Source: Chara braunii
Lineage: Eukaryota; Plantae; Charophyceae
DNA length: 44,741 bases
NCBI GenBank assembly: GCA_003427395.1
Contig: BFEA01000014.1
Location: forward strand, 2,624,675 to 2,669,415
Direction of reading: 5' to 3'
Shown: positions 10,601 through 22,890 of the stretch, piece by piece
Layout: the number at the start of each line of letters is the position of its first letter
Position numbering within the stretch: the first letter of the stretch is position 1
Notes under the pieces: generated by a model
Told to the model about the DNA's origin: nothing
The model's database searches: none
What the model saw: the letters and a program-made list of their open reading frames with translations, nothing else
Program-made: the position numbers and the translations under genes

Positions 10601-12307
10601 ACTCCTTCACCTGCTTCTAGTACTTCATCAGGTCCTCTGACATGGGGGACCACATTTCCTCCCAAAATTCTTTAGGAAGTCCGTCAATCCCGGGGGTTTT
10701 GTCTTCATCCATCTGCAGAAGGGCAGTCCAGATCTCCTCTTTCCGTATTGGTTCTTCCAGCCTTACGCGTTGTTCGTGTGATATCATTTTTATCAGGGGT
10801 TCGAGGAAATCCTCGATCTCCTGGTCGTTCACTGGTCCTGGCTTCTTCGTTAAGTTGGAAGTGAAGAGGTCCTTGTAGAAGTCCTTGGCTACTTTTAGGC
10901 TGTGGGCTGATGAGTATGCGGAGACTTCCCTTGTTTTAACAGGGTCGTATAGGCCTTCAATAGTTGATCGCCTGACCCTTGTCTGGGCCATCGCAAAAAA
11001 TCTTGCGTCCATTTGTCCTTCCACCGAGTGTTTTAGTAGTTTCCCTCTGATGATAGATCCTTGCCATCTTTCTTGTGCGAAGTCCAATAGTTCTTTTGTG
11101 AGTTTTTGAAGATCTGAGACTTCCGTTTGTGAATCGGGTTGTCGCAGTTGTTCCAGTTCGTAATACTGTATTTTCTGTTGAATGTTCATTTCCTGAGCGT
11201 ATTTTTCTTTGGCTCGTATTTTTGAAAATTCATTACATTTTCTGGCTAGAAAGGTCAGTCCGTTGTTAAACCACGCAATTTGTGAGTCATGTTGGTCCCT
11301 TGTGGAGCGCCAGTAATCCCAAACGTCCCTAAGGAACCTCTGAAATTGTTTCGTTTTGAGTAGGGATGTATTAAGCTTGTGGAACCCTTTGCCTTGGTCC
11401 GGTTTTTTGCGGAACCTAAGGAGTACGGCGCACATCTTATGGTCCGCACCTGGCCAGGGGCTTTGTGGGAAGATGACTGCAGCTTGTAGAGCTCTGTCCA
11501 GATCCTCCGATATGAGAATGAGGTCGATTCTCGATCTGGATTGGTACGTTGTTCCGGTGTTTCGTATGCAAGTAAAGGTTTTCTTTTTTGGGTGCATACG
11601 TCGGAAGGAGTCATATAAATGTTCAGCTTCATAGAGCTTGCTAATTATCCCTTCATCCTCTGCTATGTAGGCCGGGCGGGGGTGGGGATTCTCCATCTAT
11701 CCAGGTAGCGATCGGGTGCTGCGTTGAAATCTCCAGCTATTAGCGTGGAAATACCGTGTGGTAGTGGGGTTCGAATGTGGTCGAAGAAAGTTTTGCGATG
11801 TTCGAGCTCATTGGGCCCATACACACAGAGTACGCATACCAATTCTATTTCCAGCATGAGGAGAACCGCCACCCATCTTCCTTCCCTCGTGTTTACTGCA
11901 GTGTGGATGACATCCGCCCGGGAGTCCGGGGGGACCCAGATCGCTACTCCCGCTGAACCCGGCGTTGGTGCATAGGCAGTGATTTTTTGAAATGGCCACG
12001 CTTGATGATGTGCTCTGTTGTGCTCTGGAGAGTTTGTGATGTGGGTTTCCTGGATGCAGATAAGGTCTGGCCACTGTCTCCCTCCCACTCCTTTGATCTG
12101 TTATAGGAGCGCCTTGCATTTTGGCGGTTTCGCCGACGCCAACCCATTTACATTGAGCGAGCGCAGGCCCAAATCCGCCACCTGGGTTGCCCTGTTCCAA
12201 GTTCTATCTTTGCCGTAGTAGGCCTGTAGCATATCTGGTCCCTGGTCAGGCAGCCCTTCCCTTGCATACTGCTGGTTTGCTGCTTCAATGTTGTCCGTGT
12301 TGTCCAT
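7636..12307 (-). pseudogene. LINE ORF2: APE endonuclease + reverse transcriptase + C-terminal CCHC zinc finger, with multiple stops and frameshifts
   Basis: APE: SLNVNGL, ICIQETH, VYGPN, IAGDFN, SRIDLIL, ADHK. RT: KTPGIDG, NYRPITLL, QTGF, IDFEKAYD, VRQGDPIAP, MFADD. ZnF: WCKFC..ETIEHIFLQCP. Confidence 0.95.
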
Positions 12308-15300
12308 GGCCAGACAATTTTACCCATACTGATGCGTCCTGAAGAAAGGCATCCTGCAGTAGGTTATGCCTTAAAAGTGAGCATAGACAGTGCCGCACGT
12401 CTGCGGCCTTGCCTAGGAGGTTGTCCCTGATTCTTGTTTGGTATACCTCTAGTAGCTCGGCATGGGAGAGCCAGATCCGACCTGCCTCCTTTCGCTCACT
12501 AAACCTGACAAAGGCCACTCTCCGTGCCATATGTGCGATTCCATTTTCGGCTATCCATTTGGCTTCTACTCCCGGTTCGTATTGTGTTTCTACAAATCTG
12601 TCCATGTCCTGCTGTAGCACCTTTTCTCCTTCTTTATCATAGTTTTGTAAGAAGATCAGCCTTTCAAAGTGGCCCCTCCCTGTTGGCCCTTGTCCGTTGG
12701 GGACAGGCCTACCTCCCACGTGTCCCTTTTCTTTCGTACCGGAATGGGAGGCACTCCTTCTCCCCTCATCTCCTTTACACCTTCCACTTGTTCCAGGCAT
12801 TGTCTCAGGCGGTATTCTTTGACCAACTCTTTCTCTCGCTGACGACCTGTGCCTGGATCTGGTTCATCCGGGACTCCCGGGGGGGGACTGCTACTGGGTA
12901 CACTCTTGCCCTGAGGCTCTTGTTCTCCAGGGGCCGTATTCTGTCTAGGGGCGACCGTCTGCTCCTCCATCTGTGTACCTGTCTGAGTACTTGCTTTTGA
13001 TCCATTTTTGCCTTCCGCATCCCTCCGCAGCTCATGGGGGCTTTCCTCTTTCTCTGCTCTTTCTTGTTGTTCCTTTGTCTGTTGGTGAGGGAGCTGTATT
13101 AATTCGGTCACTATATGCAAGACTCGAGAACCCACCTCGGGCCAATGCAGATCTGGTGGGAGGCCTTCCACCATCACCCTCTTGAGGCTGGGGCTTCCAT
13201 CGATGATGGCAAAAATACTCAGGTAAGTTGCGTCCCAAAACTCGTCAGATTCAGGGCCGTACTTGTCTTTCAGACTACTTAAGAGCCAATCAACAAGCTG
13301 GATCAGTTTTTGTTCTATCGGAATATGTTGGGTCTGTTGTGCATCATTGCTGTCACTGTCATTCGTGTCGCTTTGTGCCTGTGCCTGTGCCTCCTCCATA
13401 ATTATTTCTGGTGGGGGGGAGGGGGGGAGGGGGGATGGGCCCACCTCCATCGGGGTGGGGCCAAAGGCCTCCTTGAAGGGGTCCAGGTTGCAGGGCTCCT
13501 CCCCACTCCCCTCGTGATTTTTTGTTTGCTGTGTGTGTTGACGGAGTTCCTCCCCTCCCCCCCCTACATTCTGAGCTTGTTGCGTTTGCCTCGTTTGCTG
13601 TGCTTGCTGCTGCGTTTGCTACGTCTATTGAACCATTTCCTGGCTGAGTGATTGTCCCTCCTTTTCTCTCTCTTTTTTTTTCCCTTCCTTGAGCAATTTC
13701 TGCTTTTCATTTTGCGTTTTATTCCTCGTGCCCAGGGTTGTCCTTTCCATCACGATTGTATTCTCTCCCCCTGTGCCTTCCCCAGTCTCGTGGCGCAAAT
13801 ACTCCAGCGGGGATGGCCCTGGTAGGGGATAGGACCCCTCTTGGGACTGATGTTGGAGAGACGCTTTGACTCGCCATTCCAGGTGTGGTTGGTGGCCTTG
13901 CGCATGTGCCTGTGCCTGCACGTGCGCGGGAACGTTTGTGATTGCTCCTCCCGTGCTGCCTTCCAGCGGGGGGGGGTGCTGCAACTGTTGTGCAGTTTGT
14001 GTGGAGACTACGGGGACTGAACGTGCGTCATCGGTGCGGGGGCCTGAGGCGCCTGAGGAGCTTGCCTCTTGCTGAACCTGCTTTCCTTCCAGCTCCTGTC
14101 GGTAGTCTAGACCCTCCGTCTCCGGAGGAGTCCATGTGTCTGGGGGCTTAGTCTCCCAGTTTGGCTCTCCTGTCTTTATCCATCTCCACCCCATGGCCTT
14201 CTCGTTCCCGCCCTTCCCTTCTACGTAGACCCATCCTTCATGACCCTGGTCTACAATCCTCCAAAGATTGCCCCGAAAGGGGTCTCTTAGTAATCTTCTG
14301 GTCACTCTGTTTTGTTTGCCCGAATTGTTGGGGCAGGACAGGTCTGTACACAGGTGTCTGTACGCTTTGCAGCAGAAGCACTAGGGTTTGTGTTTGTGAG
14401 CAGTGTGAATCCTGCATTCTTTCCCTCCTACTCTGTATAGAATTATGTCGTCTATGGCAAAGGGCTGGGAGGACAGAAAGTCCAGTGCCAGCATGAGATA
14501 GTCGTCTCTCCTCTGCACATAGGAGGGGAGAGGGTCAATAAAATCGACTATGTCAAACTGATCACCCAGGTCTTGGATGAAGCCCGCCTGGATCTCGATG
14601 GGGATGTGTCTGAACTCTTAGTGGTCCTCCATCATCTGTGCTCTTTTCTCCTCCGGACCTTGTTTTAGGGGGGTCCAAGGGTAAATCCGCACTTCAGACC
14701 GGTCACACCGTAATTTCTTCCATCCGTCAATGCTTGTCTTGTCTTTTTCCTGGAGGCAGAGGACTGTGAAGATGGTGGCGAAGACTGGTTGAATCAGGAA
14801 ATCGTCATGTGCCGCTTCTTGGCAACCTTTGAGGGCGGCAAGTCTCTTTCCGATCCATTTAATCTTTTTGTTGGTGGGTTTGTAGGCCGCGTCGTCGTGG
14901 AACACCCAGTTGCATGCATGCCTCTGATATGTGGAGTCTCGTTCCGCAAGTTTTTGCTGCGGGTATGATTTTACTTGTATTTTCTTTCCACCGTGATCCA
15001 CCATCTTCTGTTCTGATGGAGTCAGGAAACGTGCAAGGAAGAATGCCCGGGCCAGAGAGAGTCCTGCCAGAGGGAGATGGAGTGTACTCGACTACGGGTT
15101 GCTTCTCTGAATTTGCAGGGTCTTATTCTGGTAAGGCCCCTTCAGCTTGTCAGCCCACGATGACTGTGCCCCCTCTCCCCCTATCCCGGGGTTCATTGTG
15201 CTTAGTTGTGTCGCTTCCCCTCCATGAGTTGTTTCCTTTCCCTTCGCTTGCTCAATTTCCTGAGGGCTTGGTTCTGCCCCTCTTTCCTCCTTTTCCAGTA

Positions 15301-15445
15301 ACCCATCCGGTGTGCCGGGTTGAGGCGGTGCCTCTCCCATTGGTTGGTCCTCTTGATTAGGACACTTACTTTTGTGGCTGTGCTTGGGGGGGTTGGCTAA
15401 TACTTCCATCGCTTGCACCTCTGAACAGGACCATGGATGACGCAT
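12285..15445 (-). pseudogene. LINE ORF1 (long, low-complexity, one zinc knuckle), fragmented
   Basis: Chain of ORFs 15445-15092, 15004-14618, 14305-13625, 13450-12656, 12800-12285; SWADK motif; CFCCKAYRHLCTDLSC (CX2CX4HX6C) at 14333-14380; stop overlaps the putative ORF2 ATG at 12307. Confidence 0.65.
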
Positions 15446-16557
15446 TTTTCCGGCTTCTTTGGCAACAGTCTAGCCATTCCGTCCCCTCTCTCAATAGGAT
15501 TGTGATGTTGTTAATTTTTCCTCGTTTTTTCCTTTTTGGGCTTCTGTATCAAACTGAGTGCTCGTGGCTATTTATTTGCTGATTTACTTTGGGTTTATGA
15601 TGTTGTTTCTGGTTTTGCAAATGGCTGGGAGCTGTACAACCGGGGGGCAGTTCACACAGGGAGTGGCTGAGGGAGTGGCAGAGGAGTGAATACCAATCAC
15701 GCGTCTTGACCGCTTGCGTACTCCCTGGTCTTCACACACCTGTCTCCGATCTCCCTCGTTGCCTTCTTGTCTTCTTATCATACTATGTCGTTTTCAGTTG
15801 TCCCACCGCTTCCCCGCTGCAAGCGTTTACTGCCTCATCGCCACACCGCTGATCTATTCGCCCTGCCACCTCTCGCACACTTTTCTCCTGCCCCGATTCC
15901 TCCCCTTCCTTCTCCTTTCGTGTGGCTTCCTACTGCTGCACGCGCAGCCCTCCCCGTATCCTTTTTCTTACGATCTCTCACCGCCCTTGCCCGTTTTTTC
16001 TGCATACCATTTCTCCTCTGCAATTGTTTCCCGCCTCGTCGCCACTCCGTTTCTCCTACCTCTCCCGCTCCATTCGCTGGCCGGCACGTCCGTTGGCCCT
16101 TGCGACGTGGTCCCTGTCACGTGTCGTGCTCTTTCGGGGCTTTTCTCCCAGCTCCTCTTGCCCCGATTGCCCTCCTTCCTTCTCCTCACGTGTGGGGTTC
16201 CGTCGCCTCCCACGTGGCCCTATTCGTATCTCCCTTTTTTTTTATTATTATTATTCCCTCATCCCCGCTTCTTACCTGTTAGTGTTGTTTTGCCGCTGCA
16301 CACTCTTTCATGTAGCTTGATCCTGATTACATCGCACTTTTCTCTCGTACATCGCGCGTCCACTAGGAGTTGATTGTCTTGACGTTCGTAGCGGAAGAGA
16401 ATGATTACCCGGGAACCTGTCGTCCACGTTTCTCCGCCCACCCTTCGTCTTTGCTAAGCAGATCTCCGCTTCGCGCCTGCTACCGTAGCCTTTGCTGCCA
16501 CGGAGGGGCAATTGGTATCGCCAGTTGTAGTGGCAATCGCCCTAACGCAAAAAACGC

Positions 16558-16623
16558 GGGACACGTGTCACTTGAGAAGACCACGTGTCAGGAACCAGCG
16601 CCACGTCAGCCTGTGACGTGGCA
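16558..16623. promoter_or_regulatory. Cluster of ACGT-core (G-box/ABRE-like) sites near the LINE 5' end; candidate internal promoter
   Basis: gacacgtgtc, ccacgtgtc, gccacgtca and tgacgtggc lie within 65 bp, 80-145 bp inside the 5' TSD. Confidence 0.4.
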
Positions 16624-17644
16624 GGTTTCAAGGTGCTCCGCAAAGTTTTCCTCCTATGCCCTATCACAACCACTGCCCGTTCGGGGTCGAACATATCTCA
16701 CCTCAGGTTCTAACTTCTAACACATTCAAGTTCGCAATTTCTCATACTTTTTCTGAAAAGACTATGTATAAGGGATGCTGGACCCGTTTTCCACCAGGTG
16801 CAGCTCCCCACCAATAGATTGGAGCCAGCAGGTGGCCTGCTAGTGGTTGGGGCTCGTATCACCATCCCAACTGACGAGTTCAAAAAAAAAAAAAAAAAAA
16901 AAAAAAAGGTCATATTTGTGGCTTGATGCATTGAACCGTTTTTAGGGGAATTCTTGGAAAACAATACCATCGGACACAGGCTTCCCCAGAATCAGCACCC
17001 AATCGCGGAGAACAGAGCAGAACTGGGGTTTCAGTAAATGCAAGGGATTCTTCAGTGAATGTAGGCTAAGTCCCGGGAGGGCCAAGGGAGAATGGAATTA
17101 GTAAGGGACTACCTGCTACTTTTTCACGAGTGGACAAAGATGGACACTGCTATCCCGATGAAACCTAGCGAAGAATTCCCCGACTTCTTCCCCCCCCCCC
17201 ATGAAACTGCCTGGTAGGAATGGAATGGTACGGGAGAAAGCCCTCAGGTAAGGCACGCAAGTGGCAGGGCTGTTCGATGCCAGGATGTGGTGAAAACCGC
17301 GCTAGCGCTAGCGCCCTAACGCCGGCTGACCGGCGAGGTCCGGCCGCACCCGGCTTGACCAGCGTGCTGGAGAGGTGGGCCCCTCCAGGCCGCTGGGCCT
17401 GTTCACGCGCCCGACACGTGGCCGTGGCTTTCAGCCTGCCACGTGCCACCTGTCGTTTGGTGACGTGGACGCCTCGCGACGCGTGATCAGGGGTAGCGCC
17501 AGCCGTGATTGATTGGAGGTTATTGCACAAAAGCGGCGCGATTCTTTGCCATGGAGGTGATTTTGGAGAGGGAGCTACATATTGGAGCAAACGAATGGCT
17601 GATTACCTTGGAGAACGGACGTAGATGGCGGTCTACACGAGATT

Positions 17645-18076
17645 GTGAGGGACATGTCTTTACGGCTGCAAATGGAGCCAGAGGTCGAAGGGGGAGCGAT
17701 CTCTCTGGCTGGTTGGCTGAAGGAGAAAAGTGAGGATATGCTGGAGATCATCTGGGAGCTGGAGGAGGGGCCGGATCCTCGGCTTGATGTCTGCATCGAT
17801 TGGAGGAGGGCAGATGGCATCATGTCTGTCTGCAAAACCCTCTGTAATGAGGGTCGCGATTTGTATGCTCTTCTGGAAGACCGGTTGGAGGGCGTTATCG
17901 ATTGTGAGGACGCGCAAGTGGCGATAGAGGCAACAACGTTAACATCAAGACCATCAACAACATCAATAAATGGGTGCAACAACAACAACAGCAACAATGC
18001 TAACAGCGACGATAACACAAACAACAACAACAGTGGCGAAAACATCAACATCAACAACAACAACAACAACGACAGC

Positions 18077-18123
<47 letters not shown>

Positions 18124-18326
18124 CGATAATATCAACAGCAACGACAACGACGACGGCAGTGACGACTTCAGAAGCAGCGGGGTTGACAGCGGTGCCCGTG
18201 CAGATGCGATCACCATCAACATGATGGGGGAGATGCCGCAAGTGGGCGAAGGGGAGATTGAGGTTGGTACGGAAAAGGGGTTTGCTATCTCCCCCCCTCT
18301 CAACAGTAGTGACAACGACGACGACG

Positions 18327-18387
<61 letters not shown>

Positions 18388-18616
18388 CGACGACTACGAC
18401 GATGACGGCGATGGCGGTGGCGACGGCCAAGGGAGCAGCGGGATAGGAAGCGGCATCCGGGCATCTGAGATTATCATCAGCGTGATGGGAGCGATGCTGC
18501 AAGCGAACGTGGCGGGATATGGGGTTGTTATAGAGAAGCGGTTTACTGCTTTCCCTCCCTCCAACCTCGATACAGAGTTCTTCCTTGTGGTTTGGCAGAG
18601 GATAGGAGTAGGATAG
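17645..18616 (+). CDS. Hypothetical acidic protein with poly-Asn/Asp tracts and a two-copy internal repeat
   Basis: 323-codon ORF; (AAC)n tracts in frame; repeats SSGVDSGARADAITINMMG..EKGFAISPP / SSGIGSGIRASEIIISVMG..EKRFTAFPP; possible original start GCCATGG at 17551 with one frameshift near 17618. Confidence 0.5.
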
Positions 18617-18654
18617 CTGGGGGTGATTGATGTTGCCCGGCGTGCAATACCAAT

Positions 18655-19130
18655 CATCAACGGGGGGCTGATCGTCTTGTTGGTTGGCTGTGGGCTGTTT
18701 AGGGATTAGGTAGCAGGAGGTCATTCCTTCCCTGCGCAAGGAAGTAATCGATGCCCCCTGACAGTTTCAGATGATAATGTATATTGGATACTGGACTTCA
18801 TGTCCAGATCATACATCAACGGGGGTTGATCGTCTTGTTGGTTGGCTGTGGGCTGTTTAGGGCTTAGGTAGCAGGAGGTCATTCCTTCCCTGTGCAGGGA
18901 AGTAATCGATGCCCCCTGGCAGTTTCATATGATAATGCATATTGGATACTGGACTTGCCGTCCAGATCATACATCAACGGGGGGCTGATCGTCTTGTTGG
19001 TTGGCTGATGGCTGTTTAGGGATCAGGTAGCAGGAGGTCATTCCTTCCCTGCGCAGGGAAGTAATCGATGCCCCCTGACAGTTTCACATGATAATGCATA
19101 TTGGATACTGGACTTGACGTCCAGATCATA
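18655..19130 (+). repeat. Three tandem ~158-bp units, each containing motif A and a CTGGAC-n4-GTCCAG hairpin
   Basis: Units start catcaacggggg at 18655, 18814 and 18972. Confidence 0.9.
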
Positions 19131-20321
19131 CATCTCTCATCCTTGACAGAGCTTAGCTTTTAGGCTTGATTGATTAACGATCATATCGTGCTTAGGGTTT
19201 CGTGATTAGACTCTGATAGATATAGAATAAGGACATATATAGATAAGTTTATGACTGTTGGACATAGCTACACAACACGATATAGGGACGCTGGACCCGA
19301 TATCCAGCAGATGCTTATCACTTCATCGTAATACACATCACATCATGGTTAGGGTTTCCTTTGATTGGGTTGATTGGGTTGATTGGATTGATGCCTCATT
19401 TTGTTTCGGAGACTCTATAGACTAGATGGACAGGGACGCTGGACCCGTTTTCCAGCACACATATTCACACTATTGCACACGGACGCTGGACCTGATTTCC
19501 AGCACATACATTTTCATCATTGTACAGGGACGCTGGACCCGATTTCCAGCAGGTGTAGCTCCCCACCAATAGATGGAGCCTTCGGCGACGGGGCCTACTT
19601 ACCAGGGATGCTCTTATCACCTTGTTAAGTAGGTTTCCCGTATACGAAGTTCAGATCAAAAAAAAAAAAGATGGAAAAATGGAAGGGATTCTGCAAGGGT
19701 ATTAGATGCTGAGGGGAGGGAAAAGGGTTTAGCGGCTTAAGGGTTTACTCCAAGAAGGGAGATTATGTAAGCAGCAAACAGGATAGCAGCATCCATCCAC
19801 CCTCCATATCCCAGGAAACACAGCATTTAGTCTAGCTTTGTCATGCAGATCTGGCACCACAAGAAAGGTGAAGAGGTGCTGAACGGGTCCAGAAAAAAGA
19901 ATGGTTCTTGGTGCGTTCACATTCCCAGGTGCTAGAGAAGTCCATGAGAAACACCGTCACTTTCTCTCAGACATTACAGGCATCAACGATGCTCAGCGCA
20001 TATCATGCTCATGTATTCATGTATTCAAGGGATGCTGGACCCGATTTGCAGCAGTTGATGCTCCCCACCAATAGATGGAGCGGCCGCCAGCAGGCCTATT
20101 AGGGAGGGCTGCTCTTTTCAACATCCCCNCCCCCCCCCCCTTAAGCAGACCTGCTCAGACCTTAAAATTAAAAAAAAATTAAAAAAAAAAAAAAAGGAGT
20201 CCTGAGAAGAGAAAAAATGTAAAAACGCTAGTGGAGCCCGCAACTACTGCAGTGGAGCCGGCAACTACTGCAGTGGAGCACAACCCAAAGAAAGAGATAG
20301 AAAGAAAGGGGAAGATCAACC

Positions 20322-20429
<108 letters not shown>

Positions 20430-21018
20430 AGGATCAATGAGGGGATCTTAGAAAATAGCTACTTTTTTTTTTCTTTTTTTTTTTAACTACACTCTATTCT
20501 TCTCTCAATTTCTTTTTGCCTTTCACTACCTACCTACCACTACTCCTAAGGCTGTACAGAGGGGACCCCTGCAAGCATACCTACCTCACAATGAAGGGAC
20601 TGCACTTTGCAAGGAAAATAGATGCTGAACAGTACGACCAGCGAGGTTGCAGGTTCGATACCAGTCACTCTTATCCTCTCCTGAACATGCTCAGTTGGTC
20701 TTAGTAGGCTGGCACCCCACGTACTTACCCCACCAGTGTAGTGCAGTGCAGATACACAGACATCATACTAGGGGGTTGTCAGGGGGAGCACGGCCCAGTG
20801 GAAAACCAATGAGGGGAGTAGGGCTTTCTTTGGAGTAGGGGCTCGAGTAGGGGACCATCGCTCTGCGAAGGCATCATCATGCAGGGCGGTGAGGATCCTT
20901 CAAGTTGTGGGAAGGAAGCGCACACAAGGGATGTGTTCTACCTTGAGTCGCAGGTGGTAGGGTAGGGTTGACGGGTGGTGCCACTGGGGGGACCATAGGG
21001 GACCACTGTTCTTGGGGG

Positions 21019-21021
<3 letters not shown>

Positions 21022-21103
<82 letters not shown>
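21022..21103. repeat. (CT)n microsatellite
   Basis: Seen directly. Other (AG)n tracts at 22816-22883 and 39107-39182 and (CA)n at 40716-40940 each abut assembly gaps. Confidence 0.95.
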
Positions 21104-21108
<5 letters not shown>

Positions 21109-22005
21109 CACTTTTTGCAGTGTCACACGCACAGTATTCTCACACACAAGCAACACAAACCGAACAGCAGAAACTCTTACATTCCAGGGGCGATCGAAGC
21201 AAATGGCAGCTTGACATGTGGACCAGTTCATTGGCTGAAAAAGGGCTGCACCTTGTAGGAAGGATCAACAAATGGGCAAGCCAACAATAACCTCGGTCTC
21301 CCCGGTAGCTCACTAAACAAGCTGAGCTGACACACCCTAGCTACCAGGTCAGAGCTGTCTTTTGTGGATCCACTTACTTCCATACCGCTTGGAACATTGG
21401 ATTGTCGTACCTGACTCTGACTCTGACACACACACACACACACTGTTACATGCACCGCTATGCAATGTACTTACTAACTGAGGAACTGCAATGTGATGAA
21501 AAGGACTGAATGGACAATACAGTGCGAGTAGAATCTCGACAGACAATGTGCATTCTCATACATACAAAAGGTGCTGAATAGCGCAGGGAAGACTTTGATA
21601 CAAAGACTGACCTGACAGGACTGACCCCATTCACGTAGTTCAGAGTAACGAAGCAGAACACTAGAGCACTGCTACTAGCCCAATCAATGTTTGAACTCAG
21701 ACTAAACATGCATTGTATCCATCACCAAGTGTGAAGGAGCCTGGCGCTACACACAGGAAGAAAGCGCCAGGTCCAGACATACACAGACGAAGAGATAAGG
21801 ATCAGACGAGAGGAGGGAGGAAGATGGGAATGTCGTTAACACCAAGTCTTGGTCACCAATCCCAAATAGTCCCTCGCTGCCATGTCTGAACCCCTGAAAG
21901 TCGAGTCTGGATCAAATGTCACCAAGCTCTGTATCTCTTCTCTCATAGTCTGCAGATGCAGTGAAGTCAGAAGTGAGAGGGAGAGAAGAGATGGTGGACT
22001 GAGAA

Positions 22006-22815
22006 NNNNNNNNNNNNNNNNNNNNNNNNNNNNNNNNNNNNNNNNNNNNNNNNNNNNNNNNNNNNNNNNNNNNNNNNNNNNNNNNNNNNNNNNNNNNNNN
22101 NNNNNNNNNNNNNNNNNNNNNNNNNNNNNNNNNNNNNNNNNNNNNNNNNNNNNNNNNNNNNNNNNNNNNNNNNNNNNNNNNNNNNNNNNNNNNNNNNNNN
22201 NNNNNNNNNNNNNNNNNNNNNNNNNNNNNNNNNNNNNNNNNNNNNNNNNNNNNNNNNNNNNNNNNNNNNNNNNNNNNNNNNNNNNNNNNNNNNNNNNNNN
22301 NNNNNNNNNNNNNNNNNNNNNNNNNNNNNNNNNNNNNNNNNNNNNNNNNNNNNNNNNNNNNNNNNNNNNNNNNNNNNNNNNNNNNNNNNNNNNNNNNNNN
22401 NNNNNNNNNNNNNNNNNNNNNNNNNNNNNNNNNNNNNNNNNNNNNNNNNNNNNNNNNNNNNNNNNNNNNNNNNNNNNNNNNNNNNNNNNNNNNNNNNNNN
22501 NNNNNNNNNNNNNNNNNNNNNNNNNNNNNNNNNNNNNNNNNNNNNNNNNNNNNNNNNNNNNNNNNNNNNNNNNNNNNNNNNNNNNNNNNNNNNNNNNNNN
22601 NNNNNNNNNNNNNNNNNNNNNNNNNNNNNNNNNNNNNNNNNNNNNNNNNNNNNNNNNNNNNNNNNNNNNNNNNNNNNNNNNNNNNNNNNNNNNNNNNNNN
22701 NNNNNNNNNNNNNNNNNNNNNNNNNNNNNNNNNNNNNNNNNNNNNNNNNNNNNNNNNNNNNNNNNNNNNNNNNNNNNNNNNNNNNNNNNNNNNNNNNNNN
22801 NNNNNNNNNNNNNNN
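22006..22815. other. Assembly gap (N run); others at ~36988-37267, ~38959-39106, ~40786-40863
   Basis: N characters. Confidence 0.99.

Positions 22816-22890
<75 letters not shown>

Larger units (their letters stand above)
7083..16702 (-). mobile_element. Full-length (~9.6 kb) L1/Tx1-like LINE, disabled
   Basis: T-rich tail from 7083, 3' UTR, ORF2 (APE-RT-ZnF), long ORF1 and 5' leader; TSD TCAGGTTCTAAC(TT) at 7071-7082 and 16703-16714. Confidence 0.9.
2051..16907 (+). mobile_element. 5'-truncated L1/Tx1-like LINE (host copy A), split by nested insertions; own pieces ~2051-3350, 5520-6597, 16715-16907
   Basis: ORF2 C-half remnants (DLLKTWRKLPLP..QQPLFNNRW..RNGFLRIGDI; ETIEHIFLRCP..WDRIWSSF at ~3350) resume at 5520 (LTWSWNW..LWQRRC..SEFPDLF ~6010). 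The 3' UTR resumes after the TSD at 16714 and ends in motif B plus poly(A) 16882-16907. Confidence 0.7.
16908..20195 (+). mobile_element. 5'-truncated LINE (ORF2 end ~16908-17203; 3' UTR 19670-20195), apparently interrupted by the 17.2-19.7 kb unit
   Basis: FHEWTKMDTAIPMKPSEEFPDFFPP at ~17122-17200 matches the other ORF2 ends; motif C 19849-19876, motif B 20029-20081, hairpin, A-tail to 20195. Confidence 0.6.

Noticed and set aside
18655-19130. CRISPR or snRNA array
   Set aside because: Units are near-identical along their full length and carry LINE-tail motifs; no recognisable snRNA or tRNA sequence.
21836-22005. Possible host exon on minus strand (pyrimidine tract + tgcag)
   Set aside because: No recognisable protein, adjacent to a gap, and the sequence resembles the LTR-like remnants.
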